Shown piece by piece: positions 1 to 8,777 of a stretch of DNA of 57,707 nucleotides. This DNA comes from a virus (Duplodnaviria; Caudoviricetes), in IMG/VR virus record IMGVR_UViG_3300025276_000004, positions 1 to 57,707 of that record; one strand, written 5' to 3'. The notes beneath the pieces are model-generated. The model made no database searches. It worked only from the letters and a program-made list of their open reading frames with translations, and was not told the origin of the DNA. How positions within the stretch are numbered: position 1 is the first letter of the stretch; every line of letters starts with the position of its first letter. Made by a program: the position numbers and the translations under genes.

Positions 1-152
1 GTGGTGGCTAGTTTAGTAGCGTTGTTATATCTCAGTTGAACCTCTGCATTGTTATTACCTAAAATATACAATTCTGATCCGTCAGCATTACCTAGCCTGA
101 GGTTATTTCCATATATTAAAAGATCACCACTGCCGCTTTCTTTAATAAATGA
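1..152. repeat. Terminal overlap identical to 57556-57707 (circular-assembly overlap)
   Basis: gtggtggctagtttag...tttaataaatga is present at both ends and lies inside a tail fibre CDS that reads through the junction in frame. Confidence 0.95.
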
Positions 153-971
153 CTGTGTACCATCAGTGTATATTTCAAGTTCAGCGCCAAAGATGGCTTT
201 GTTGTTATCGCCAAACGTCACGTTGCCTGTGACAGCGCCGCCAGACTTAGGTAAAGCATTAGTAGCTAACACACCATCGGCAGCAACATCTCGTCCATCA
301 AAGGTGGAGTTAGTTGTGATAGCCCCAGTCATAGCACCACCTGCTTTAGGTAATGCAGCGTTAGCTGTATTCGTAGTAGTCGTTAGTACAGCATTTCTAG
401 TAGCTATATCCACACCATCAAAGGTTGAGTTTGTAGTAATTGCACCAGTCATGGCACCGCCTGTTTTAGGTAATGCGGCTGTCGCTTTAGTTGTTGTGTC
501 CGTAAGCACAGCATCTCTGGCTCCAACGTCAACTCCATCAAATGTAGAGTTGGTGGTTATTGCGCCAGTCATAGCTCCCCCTGCAAGAGGAAGCTTAGTG
601 TTATCTAAAGTAGCATCTGTTCCCCATGAGAGAACCCCTGACCCATCTGTCCTTAAGAACTGACCTGAATCTCCATCATTGACTGGGAAAACAAGTGTGT
701 AGCTTGCACCTGCAGAGTGTGGTGGGCTTTTAAGTTTAATGCCATGTGAGTTTGCTGAACAGTTTAACTGAATATATCCATCAGTTGTCCCATCACTTTT
801 TGCAGTAAAACTTGGTACACTGCTTGTAGAGATTATAGGTATTGTGTCTAACTTAGTGCCATCTACAGATACATCTCGACCATCTACATTTCCAGTAACT
901 GTTATGTTACCCTCGACATTAGCTGCAGTAGTACTGAGACTGACTGCTTTTGATCCAATATATCCAGCCAT
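1..971 (-). CDS. Tail fibre protein TF1, 5' part (continues across the junction to 56547; about 659 aa in total)
   Basis: ATG at 971 overlaps the upstream stop (TAATG); reads MAGYIGSKAVSL...GGAMTGAITTNSTFDG repeats...; 971+1009 nt = 1980 nt, in frame with ORF 56547..57626. Confidence 0.85.
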   Translation of the reverse strand, partial: MAGYIGSKAVSLSTTAANVEGNITVTGNVDGRDVSVDGTKLDTIPIISTSSVPSFTAKSDGTTDGYIQLNCSANSHGIKLKSPPHSAGASYTLVFPVNDGDSGQFLRTDGSGVLSWGTDATLDNTKLPLAGGAMTGAITTNSTFDGVDVGARDAVLTDTTTKATAALPKTGGAMTGAITTNSTFDGVDIATRNAVLTTTTNTANAALPKAGGAMTGAITTNSTFDGRDVAADGVLATNALPKSGGAVTGNVTFGDNNKAIFGAELEIYTDGTQSFIKESGSGDLLIYGNNLRLGNADGSELYILGNNNAEVQLRYNNATKLAT

Positions 972-1279
972 TATGTTTGCTCCAATACACTCACGATTAC
1001 ATCACAAGAAGATGCAGTGTCGGATGTTATGACCACTGTGTCAGCGGCCTCTACTATAATTTTACCATCTAATACTGAGATTGCAGAACTGGCTGGCAGT
1101 GGTACTCCTTTAATAAGGAAGACACCTGCAATTTGTACATCTACTTTAATTTGAGCAGCTGTCCTGTTTGCAAGATTACACCCAATCACAACTGATGTTG
1201 TAGCATTGGGTACTGTGTAAGTTGTAGTAGCACCTGTCCCTACAGATGCACTCGTATAATTTTTAAAAATGTTTGCCAT
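971..1279 (-). CDS. Small virion/tail-associated protein (beta-rich)
   Basis: 102 aa ORF, tightly packed in the structural operon. Confidence 0.65.
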   Translation of the reverse strand: MANIFKNYTSASVGTGATTTYTVPNATTSVVIGCNLANRTAAQIKVDVQIAGVFLIKGVPLPASSAISVLDGKIIVEAADTVVITSDTASSCDVIVSVLEQT

Positions 1280-1285
1280 GTGTTA

Positions 1286-2644
1286 TTACCCCAACGCAAT
1301 TGAAAGTGCTAATGATACTGACTCTGCTGTAGCCAACGTAGAAGTTATTGTAGGTGCCATAGCACCAGTAACCTCTGTTGAAAATGTAGCAGTTGCCGAT
1401 TGATTTGAACCGTTCCCTAAGAAGAACTTTCCGTTGTTTAAGTTTGGAGTAGCATTGTCTCGGCTAGGTCCAGTAACCATTAACACACCAGAAGATGAGT
1501 TTGACTTTATTACTTTAGCAATATTTTGAATTTCATTTGCTTCACCTGTCGGAGGTGTTGCAGTTAACCCACCAGATGACCCAACATAAAGCAAAGTTCC
1601 GGGAGGGTATGCAGATGTGTTTACACTTGATACAGTTCCTGTTATTACAACAACTCCTGAATCACCACTTGCTAATGTTGTAGCTAATAGTCCTATTGCT
1701 GGCATATTACTAGTTGATGCAGCCTGTACAGAGATAAGACTTCCAGATCCTGTAATACCACTTTGATATACAGGAGTACCTACTGCAAGACTTGCGCCTG
1801 ATACGTTCTTACAAATATTTTCTACATTACCAGATGCACCCTGTCCACCAGTCGCACCTTGGATACCTTGTATACCCTGTATACCTTGGATACCTTGTGC
1901 GCCTTGTACTCTGTAAACTACCCAACCGCCACCAGAAAAGTTACCAGTAGCTTGAGTTTGAGTTACAACAGCTGCCGCTACGTAAAGACCTTCTCCGCTT
2001 GAAACAGATGGGACAGTAGTTGTCCAATTTCCAGTAGCAGTTGCTGCACCTGTAGAAGTATTGAATCCAGCCCCACTCGCTATACCTGCAGGTGTGTTAA
2101 CACTAGAGTCGTAGAGATACAATGCTTTGTTTATATCACCATCATTACCAGTTGCGCCCTGTGAACCAGTTGCACCTTGTATACCCTGTATACCTTGAAC
2201 ACCTTGGATACCTTGTGGACCAGACGCTTGATAAAGTGTCCAACCTCCACCAGAATAATTACCAGTACTTTGAGTTTGTGTGAGAACAGCTACAGCTATA
2301 TATAAGTTTTGACTTGAACTGACTGTGGGAACAGTTGTTTCCCATGTACCTGTGTCGGCAGCTGCACCAGTCCCTACATTAAATCCAGCCCCACTTGCAA
2401 TAGCCGAGGGTGTTGAAGATCCAGCGTCATATAGATATACTGTTTTATCTTGATCACCAGAGTTTCCTTGTATACCTTGAGAACCTTGTATACCCTGTAT
2501 ACCTTGGACACCCTGAGAACCCTGATCTCCGGTATCTCCTTTTGGACCCCTAGCACCTTGTAAGATCTCATTAGTTCCTACACCTGTCCCAAAGAAACCT
2601 CCAGAAGCTACCGGAGCCTCTATCTTATTATAACTATCTGGCAT
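1286..2644 (-). CDS. Collagen-like (Gly-X-Gln) tail fibre/whisker protein
   Basis: Three GxQ triplet runs separated by a duplicated ~75-aa globular module (YLYD..PSAIASGAGFN..GGGW). Confidence 0.75.
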   Translation of the reverse strand: MPDSYNKIEAPVASGGFFGTGVGTNEILQGARGPKGDTGDQGSQGVQGIQGIQGSQGIQGNSGDQDKTVYLYDAGSSTPSAIASGAGFNVGTGAAADTGTWETTVPTVSSSQNLYIAVAVLTQTQSTGNYSGGGWTLYQASGPQGIQGVQGIQGIQGATGSQGATGNDGDINKALYLYDSSVNTPAGIASGAGFNTSTGAATATGNWTTTVPSVSSGEGLYVAAAVVTQTQATGNFSGGGWVVYRVQGAQGIQGIQGIQGIQGATGGQGASGNVENICKNVSGASLAVGTPVYQSGITGSGSLISVQAASTSNMPAIGLLATTLASGDSGVVVITGTVSSVNTSAYPPGTLLYVGSSGGLTATPPTGEANEIQNIAKVIKSNSSSGVLMVTGPSRDNATPNLNNGKFFLGNGSNQSATATFSTEVTGAMAPTITSTLATAESVSLALSIALG

Positions 2645-2656
2645 TCTCTATCTCCA

Positions 2657-3697
2657 TCAGATTAAATGTGAATTAAAGTTGACCTGAACATTACCACCGG
2701 ATGCAGCACGATTCTTATCTTCTTGATTCACTTCTATTATAGTGTTCATAAATTTCTGTTGATACCTTTGATACATTTCCATATCACCTAGGTAGTCATA
2801 GCAATGTACAAGAGCACCAAATAAAGCTATTCTTTCATTTTCATCTCTTAACCAATTAGGTGCAAGAGTTCCACGCATTACATAAGATGTTGTATAACCT
2901 GTTGCAGTTGCTGTCTTTGGAGTTAACTGTGGTGCAGGTAATGCTAGGTCTGCGGCTACCGCTGCTGCTGAAGTCCCTGTTGGGAAAAACAATGTTAGCT
3001 GTGTTGAAGCTACAGGTGTTTGATTTGCCTGTCCATCTATTATAACTGAAGTTGGTAAAATCTCTACTACCCTATGCGAGTAACCTGCTAGGGTTGGAGT
3101 GTATCTTGCAAACAATGCAGATAATCTTTTACGATAATGCAATTCAATTACATCATTCTCAGAAAAGTTTGGAGCAGCCAATAGTGTTTCTTTACCATGC
3201 CGTGTCCAAAAATGATCTGTACCTTTAAAAGCATATGCATCATAGAATGTTCTTAAATCTGTTTTGATATTAAACACTGATGCTTGACCTGCTGTCGCTT
3301 CTACATATTTAAGATAGCTACCTTGTGCCTCATAGTTACCAGATGCATCTAATGTAGCCGTACCTACTTTACGTATAAAAATATAAGTTACTAGGTCTGG
3401 AGGCACAGGTAGTGAAGCTTGTGCTGTAGAGTTTATTGCTGATGATCCTGTAAGCAGTGTGCCTTTGTACGTTGCACCTGCATTAGTAAAAGCAGCCGTG
3501 TTGTTTGCACCTTGCAGTACAAAGTAAGTTGTTTCTTCCATTGGTGGAATTTCTAGTTCACGATACGCAGTGTCTGCTGCATACCGTAAACCATCTTTAA
3601 TTAAATCTAATGGGAGAGCTTGTGAATCACGGTTTGACCAACTCCGCACTAGCGATACCATTGAGGCAGTTCCCTCATCGTAATTCTTAATTGACAT
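2657..3697 (-). CDS. Head-tail adaptor / tail tubular protein A-like
   Basis: 346 aa, downstream of capsid; C-terminal NWL..ENE..ALFGALVH..YL helix pattern resembles podovirus adaptors. Confidence 0.6.
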   Translation of the reverse strand: MSIKNYDEGTASMVSLVRSWSNRDSQALPLDLIKDGLRYAADTAYRELEIPPMEETTYFVLQGANNTAAFTNAGATYKGTLLTGSSAINSTAQASLPVPPDLVTYIFIRKVGTATLDASGNYEAQGSYLKYVEATAGQASVFNIKTDLRTFYDAYAFKGTDHFWTRHGKETLLAAPNFSENDVIELHYRKRLSALFARYTPTLAGYSHRVVEILPTSVIIDGQANQTPVASTQLTLFFPTGTSAAAVAADLALPAPQLTPKTATATGYTTSYVMRGTLAPNWLRDENERIALFGALVHCYDYLGDMEMYQRYQQKFMNTIIEVNQEDKNRAASGGNVQVNFNSHLI

Positions 3698-3707
3698 TTA
3701 TATCTCC

Positions 3708-4043
3708 TTAGTAAGACATTAAGTGAGCATAGTTTTGTTTAAAGATAGCCATGAACTTAGCCATTTGATCCTTATCTTGCATAGTAGTAGAATTATGCAG
3801 ATCTATACCCCATTTGTTCTTTATTTCAATAGCTACAATATCTGGAACTGTTGCAAACTTTTTAAAACCTTGATCCTTTTTATTCAAACCCATATCGTTA
3901 TTATCACGATCTTTCTTAGCGCTTTCTAAAAATGGTTTCTCATCTTGATATATTTGCCATTCACTACTACCATCGTTACTATAATCAATAGTACCTTTCA
4001 TAGTGTTATTTTCTGTTCCCGGTGTAACTGTCCAACGTGCCAT
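3708..4043 (-). CDS. Hypothetical structural-module protein
   Basis: 111 aa ORF with GAGG RBS. Confidence 0.65.
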   Translation of the reverse strand: MARWTVTPGTENNTMKGTIDYSNDGSSEWQIYQDEKPFLESAKKDRDNNDMGLNKKDQGFKKFATVPDIVAIEIKNKWGIDLHNSTTMQDKDQMAKFMAIFKQNYAHLMSY

Positions 4044-4058
4044 GTCCTCTTCTCCTTA

Positions 4059-4289
4059 TTATACAGCCATCTCAACAAACCTGCCAGACTTACCAATGAA
4101 ACCTAGGGTTGGTGCTGTGATTACTACGTTAGCTGTCGCTGACATAAAAAATGCCTTATCGACTTGATACCCACCAGCAGCTATTGTTGATAAAGTCCAA
4201 GCACATCTGTCTGCAGGTAAGTGCAGTATATCTCCAACTAAGTTGTTAGCCAATGTGTTAGCCGCCACTGTTCCTCTAATTACCATCAT
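4059..4289 (-). CDS. Hypothetical protein
   Basis: 76 aa ORF with AGGAGG RBS. Confidence 0.6.
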   Translation of the reverse strand: MMVIRGTVAANTLANNLVGDILHLPADRCAWTLSTIAAGGYQVDKAFFMSATANVVITAPTLGFIGKSGRFVEMAV

Positions 4290-4309
4290 GTTCTATACCT
4301 CCTAATAGA

Positions 4310-4343
4310 ATAAAAAAGGAGAGAGGATAATTCCTCCCTCCCA
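4310..4343 (-). terminator. Intrinsic terminator after the major capsid gene
   Basis: Minus strand GGGAGGGAGG-AATTAT-CCTCTCTCC followed by TTTTTT. Confidence 0.75.
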
Positions 4344-4352
4344 TATTATAAT

Positions 4353-5426
4353 TTACTGTAAACCGTAGATTGCGCCACAGCCTTTTGGATTCTTAACTTC
4401 CAAAGACCATTCTTCAATAAACATGCCAACTGTTGAGTCACCTTTCTGACCAACTTCAACTTCTTGCATTGGACGGAATGTTGCCATTGCGAACCACTGT
4501 GGATCATAGATGAGAGCACATGAGTCTTTAGCTGCAAACTGAGTAGTTGTAGCGTCTGTTGTTGTGAAGGCCAAGCCCATGATGTAGTTTGGAACTACCA
4601 TCAAGTCACCAAAGTCTGACATGTAGATGTCTACTGACTGACGGAGTTTTCCGCTTTCGTCAATATTCCGCTGAACACCAGTAGCTCCGATCAAAAGATC
4701 TGAGAAGTCACGGCGAAGCTTTGGAGAGACCATTACGCGAGATGCTTTACCACCAGCTTCATAGATCTTCTGCATAACAGAGTCAATGTCTGTCAATGCC
4801 AAAGCTGCTTTAGTTCCCGCAGATGCTACAGTAACAGATGTTACTCCAGTGTTAGGAGTAGCTGGCTGTGTGAAAGAACCTTTGAATACACAAGTGTCAC
4901 TGCTGTTAATGAAAGATTGGTATCCACCAGTCTTACGAGCACCAGAAGTAGTCTGGACGTTATATGTATTAACTAAGTCCATCTCCATATCACGCCGCAT
5001 TTCAGTTCCACGCTTCTTCAACTGATAAGCATATTCGTCTGCTACACCAGCCTGATCAATAGCCCTACGGCTACCTGATACTGAGATCACTTTACTGTTG
5101 ATCTGAGTGTAGTTACCTAAACGTGTACGGAATGGGCCAACAATAGTTGAGGCTGCACCGTCACCACTAGCAGGTGATGTACCAGCTGTCAGGAAGTCTG
5201 TACCTTCAGCCACACGGGAATTGCCCGGAGCTTGGAGTTCATCAGTCTGCCATTCGTGGTAGATGTTTGTTGATTTTGTTTTGCCAATCGAAGCAAGGAA
5301 AGGAGTTTCGTCCCGTGTGATCATTCCGATAAAGTTCGCTAGATCTTCACGATTTGATACGTCTTTTCCTGTCTGATTTGATCGACCGGATGGGTTTGTA
5401 ATATTACGACCACCAGTTGTTGCCAT
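4353..5426 (-). CDS. Major capsid protein (DUF5309/SU10-like type)
   Basis: NREDL..I..I...ETPF, HEWQTDEL, RLGNYTQI, YQLKKRGTEMRRDME, KGDS..G.FIEEWSLEVKN motifs; follows scaffold. Confidence 0.9.
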   Translation of the reverse strand: MATTGGRNITNPSGRSNQTGKDVSNREDLANFIGMITRDETPFLASIGKTKSTNIYHEWQTDELQAPGNSRVAEGTDFLTAGTSPASGDGAASTIVGPFRTRLGNYTQINSKVISVSGSRRAIDQAGVADEYAYQLKKRGTEMRRDMEMDLVNTYNVQTTSGARKTGGYQSFINSSDTCVFKGSFTQPATPNTGVTSVTVASAGTKAALALTDIDSVMQKIYEAGGKASRVMVSPKLRRDFSDLLIGATGVQRNIDESGKLRQSVDIYMSDFGDLMVVPNYIMGLAFTTTDATTTQFAAKDSCALIYDPQWFAMATFRPMQEVEVGQKGDSTVGMFIEEWSLEVKNPKGCGAIYGLQ

Positions 5427-5446
5427 TTTAAAATCCTCCTAGGATA

Positions 5447-6535
5447 TTAAGTATTGAGAGATTTAGAGGCATACTGGCGAAGATAGTCCATTTGGTCATC
5501 ATTTGATGCGCCTTCTTTAAATGCACGAGCCTTCACCATATTTTCTTTGTCTACTGCTTTCTTATTAACAGCGACTGGCTTTTTAGTTGGAACCTTTTTA
5601 GATGGGGTTACCTTACGCTTTGCAGCGCCATCAGTAATACCTTTCTTTAATCGTCTATAGTCATCAATGAATTTAACAACACTGGGATCTACAATCGCAT
5701 TTAAAAGTTCGTCTGCTATACCATGCTCAAGAGCAAACTCTCGAATTTCTACTGCAACCTTCTCACTAAAATCAGGAATTAACGTAGGAATCTTTTCCTG
5801 GAAAACCTTCATCTGTTCAGAAAACTGATCCTCATTAGCTTTTACTTTCTGTTGTTCAACAGTTTTTAATAAATTCTCACGAGTGTTTCTTGCAGTCCAG
5901 TAGTTTTGTTGAGCTTGTTCACGTTGATCTTTTAACTCACTAAGTTCATAGGTGTCCCCATTGTCCCTAGCTTCTTTAATCTTCGCTTCAATATCATGGT
6001 ATTTTTTAGCCATTTTTTGTTCGTCCATTGATAACATCGCACCTGCAGCATCAGACATCTTATTGATTTCTTCTAGCTTAATTATGCGTTCTTCATCAAT
6101 GGCCTTACGTGCCTCTCCGAGTTCACGACCCTTTTTAGAGAGTGAAGCATCTGTCTGATAACCTTTCAGTAAATCAGCAAACGAGACATCCATTTGTTTA
6201 CCATCAATCTTAACGGAAACTTTGGCATCTAAGTCTAAATCGTCTACAGAAAATACATCAGTGTCTTGGGTAGGGGCTTCCGCGCCATCCTCATCTGTTG
6301 TCTCTTCTGTCTCCTCTTCAGACTCTTCATCGCTAACGGCAGCATCTGTATCATCTGGGTCTTCTTCTACAGGTGCTTCCGAGTCCTCGTCCTCGACCTC
6401 CTCTTCTGGTAGCGGTATCTCGTTCTGAATAAAGTCAGACTTAGAGAGTACGGCATCTAGGAGTTCTTGTTCGCTTGGACCAGCAGAACTGGGAACATCA
6501 TCCGATACGGGTAGAGATTCATTTTGCTCTGTCAT
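5447..6535 (-). CDS. Capsid scaffolding protein
   Basis: Acidic N-terminus, VKIDG..V...DLLKGYQ motif, coiled coil, immediately upstream of the capsid gene. Confidence 0.8.
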   Translation of the reverse strand: MTEQNESLPVSDDVPSSAGPSEQELLDAVLSKSDFIQNEIPLPEEEVEDEDSEAPVEEDPDDTDAAVSDEESEEETEETTDEDGAEAPTQDTDVFSVDDLDLDAKVSVKIDGKQMDVSFADLLKGYQTDASLSKKGRELGEARKAIDEERIIKLEEINKMSDAAGAMLSMDEQKMAKKYHDIEAKIKEARDNGDTYELSELKDQREQAQQNYWTARNTRENLLKTVEQQKVKANEDQFSEQMKVFQEKIPTLIPDFSEKVAVEIREFALEHGIADELLNAIVDPSVVKFIDDYRRLKKGITDGAAKRKVTPSKKVPTKKPVAVNKKAVDKENMVKARAFKEGASNDDQMDYLRQYASKSLNT

Positions 6536-6541
6536 GTTTTA

Positions 6542-6748
6542 TTATCCTTCTTTTTTAGCCGCAGGTTTTGTAACCGTTGGCTTGGATGTTTCTATTTTTG
6601 CCATGTAAGTCTGCTTTAAACTATGCATAGCAACTAAATTTACACAATTCATTTTAGCTTTACCTGAAGATCTCATAGAGTCGTACTCTAAAAGGTTTAT
6701 CATATTCTCTAGGTTTACTATCAATTGTGAATAATCTATATCGTTCAT
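6542..6748 (-). CDS. Hypothetical protein
   Basis: 68 aa ORF, ATGA overlap with upstream gene. Confidence 0.6.
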   Translation of the reverse strand: MNDIDYSQLIVNLENMINLLEYDSMRSSGKAKMNCVNLVAMHSLKQTYMAKIETSKPTVTKPAAKKEG

Positions 6749-7047
6749 TGTTCATTGTCCTCAATGTATGGTATGTTCTTACCGTAAGTTTCAAAGTTAA
6801 TTAATTTCTGTTTAACATCGCCCAACGATAACGCTGAGTTGTAAATAAACTCACGGGTTTTAACTTCATGTGGATCTGTGCTTAACCAAGATGTAAAGTA
6901 CTGTGTGAGTATGTCACCGTATGCTTCATTGAAAAACTCTTCTCTTTGCTGTGATGCAAATGTTGCTTTTAATAATGCTTCTTTAGCTTGCAGATCGGGA
7001 TGTATACCCTTCAGCACCTTCTCAGCTGAAGCTCGATATTTTTCCAT
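6745..7047 (-). CDS. Hypothetical head-module protein
   Basis: 100 aa ORF with AAGGA RBS. Confidence 0.65.
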   Translation of the reverse strand: MEKYRASAEKVLKGIHPDLQAKEALLKATFASQQREEFFNEAYGDILTQYFTSWLSTDPHEVKTREFIYNSALSLGDVKQKLINFETYGKNIPYIEDNEQ

Positions 7048-7056
7048 TTAATTTCC

Positions 7057-7293
7057 TTATGTTGATTTGGTTCTCTTTTTACCAGATGCTGTTGTAGACC
7101 AACTGACCCTCTTAGGTCCAGTCTTTTTTGCAGCTTCCTTTTTAGTAATCTTAGAAGCTACGCTCTTGGGACGGCAAGCAGGGTATGCCCGTTTAGACTT
7201 ACCCTTGGCACTTTTTCTACCACAGGGTTTACCAGTCTTAACATCAATCCATTCTTCGCCAAACCATTTACCTAAACCTCCTTTTTTCTTCAT
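7057..7293 (-). CDS. Small basic protein
   Basis: GLGKWFGEEWIDVKTGKPCGR..YPACRP, lysine rich. Confidence 0.7.
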   Translation of the reverse strand: MKKKGGLGKWFGEEWIDVKTGKPCGRKSAKGKSKRAYPACRPKSVASKITKKEAAKKTGPKRVSWSTTASGKKRTKST

Positions 7294-7472
7294 GATTTAG
7301 ATACTCGGTTGTCAGGCCCACTCCAACCACCACCACGTTTCTTGTACTCCTTAGAAGCCCAAGCATTTGCGTATGCGGATGGGTATACTTTAAATTTCTT
7401 TTTTGCTGCAGATTTAACCCTAGACCAAAGGGCTGGGTTGTTTGCTTTTGGGGATTTTGTTGACATTACCAT
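7290..7472 (-). CDS. Small basic protein
   Basis: KFKVYPSAYANAWASKEYKKRGGGW, lysine rich. Confidence 0.7.
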   Translation of the reverse strand: MVMSTKSPKANNPALWSRVKSAAKKKFKVYPSAYANAWASKEYKKRGGGWSGPDNRVSKS

Positions 7473-7759
7473 TTCACCTTATCAGCCCAGTACGCTGCAC
7501 TGAGTTTTCCTTTAGCTATGTTCCTACCATGTCTAGCTTTAAATGAAGCCCGTTTAGCTTTCATCTTAGCAGACTCTCCAGCTTTAGGAGCACCTGCTGT
7601 AGATGCACCTTGTTCCCCAAACCTTATGGTCTTTATAGTGCTTCCTTCTTTAGCCACAACAACGTGTGACTTTGTAGCATGGCTTGGGGTACGTTTGGGT
7701 TGATTGAACCCTGACACCCCAGCTCTTGACAATCGTGGATCTTTTCCTTCACTTGACAT
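7466..7759 (-). CDS. Small basic protein
   Basis: KSHVVVAK..KTIRFGEQG..SFKARH..SAAYWADKVKW; GAGGAG RBS. Confidence 0.75.
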   Translation of the reverse strand: MSSEGKDPRLSRAGVSGFNQPKRTPSHATKSHVVVAKEGSTIKTIRFGEQGASTAGAPKAGESAKMKAKRASFKARHGRNIAKGKLSAAYWADKVKW

Positions 7760-7773
7760 AATTTCTCCTCACG

Positions 7774-7962
7774 CTATGCGCTTTCACCAATTTTAAAACA
7801 TTTAGGTAACACAGCTATTCCATTTTCTGATAATTTAGCTATTACAGAAAGAGATTGTTTCTTACATTCTTCTTCAGAATACCATAGGTTTTTTGTATTA
7901 GCCACTATACTGCAACTAGATACATGGAGTGAACTACAAATTAAAAGTACTGATAAAAACAT
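7774..7962 (-). CDS. Small exported/membrane protein with cysteines
   Basis: Likely start MFLSVLLICSS at 7962 (TAATG coupling); hydrophobic N-terminus. Confidence 0.55.
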   Translation of the reverse strand: MFLSVLLICSSLHVSSCSIVANTKNLWYSEEECKKQSLSVIAKLSENGIAVLPKCFKIGESA

Positions 7963-8435
7963 TACCACCTTCCTTGGGATTTCCCTACAAAATAAATCAC
8001 TACAGATATAAGCCCCAATGATATTGCAGCAACTACAATACCTAGCACCCAATTTATAGCAGTGTCTACAGCTTCTTGTTTACGATAGACAGCTTCTTTT
8101 TGTTCTTTACGCATCTGTCCCTCAATAATTACGAGTTCCTTCCAAGCGGATGGGCCGTACACAAAACTGATATGATTTTTTAATTCATTTCTTAATTCGT
8201 TAGCTTTCTGTTTAGCAGTCCAAGCTTCTAAAGCATGACTTTGAGTATTGGTAAACATTTTATATGCAGGGGGTTTACTTGCTTTTTCATGTGCAAAGTC
8301 TAAATCTGAAATAGCTTTAGACCAATTTTGAAGTTGGCTTCCCATAGATGTTAAATCCTTACCGACTTCTATGCCTTTCTTTATTCCGTTAAAGGCGGCA
8401 GTAGCTGCTGCGATTGCAGTAAATGGATCTATCAT
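7962..8435 (-). CDS. Membrane-anchored protein (possible lysis accessory)
   Basis: 157 aa, coiled coil plus C-terminal transmembrane segment. Confidence 0.6.
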   Translation of the reverse strand: MIDPFTAIAAATAAFNGIKKGIEVGKDLTSMGSQLQNWSKAISDLDFAHEKASKPPAYKMFTNTQSHALEAWTAKQKANELRNELKNHISFVYGPSAWKELVIIEGQMRKEQKEAVYRKQEAVDTAINWVLGIVVAAISLGLISVVIYFVGKSQGRW

Positions 8436-8444
8436 AAATGTACC

Positions 8445-8723
8445 TCACCTACCCGTAGGGTTAAACTTTTGCATATTTACTACAACTTCCCTTATGGCCT
8501 TAATGTTTTCATCTATACGACCTAGCATTACTGCTTGCATCTGAGATGTCTTTCCTATTTCGTTAATGCGTATCTCATGTCTTGCTATTTCACGAGCATT
8601 GATTGTTACGTTACTGTCCAGCGTTGACATGTACCACACTAACCCTAAGGTCTGTAATACAATTGCTAAGACAAACGTAGCAGGTAATGACTTAGATAAA
8701 TGCCACTGTTGTTTCTTTTCCAT
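8445..8723 (-). CDS. Membrane protein with coiled coil (holin/spanin-like, uncertain)
   Basis: One N-terminal TM helix followed by a coiled coil. Confidence 0.55.
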   Translation of the reverse strand: MEKKQQWHLSKSLPATFVLAIVLQTLGLVWYMSTLDSNVTINAREIARHEIRINEIGKTSQMQAVMLGRIDENIKAIREVVVNMQKFNPTGR

Positions 8724-8777
8724 AATAACACCCCCATGAGGTAAGGCAGGGTTCCTTAAGAACCCCGCTATATTGAC

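Noticed and set aside
49-663. Plus-strand ORFs 49..663, 53520..53948 and 55804..56493 that resemble each other
   Set aside because: They are antisense shadows of the repeated tail-fibre coding sequence, with no RBS or operon context
8745-8770. gttccttaag as another class L promoter
   Set aside because: It lacks the TAAG prefix and TATAG end; it is part of a hairpin (GCGGGGTTC/GAACCCTGC) after the portal gene
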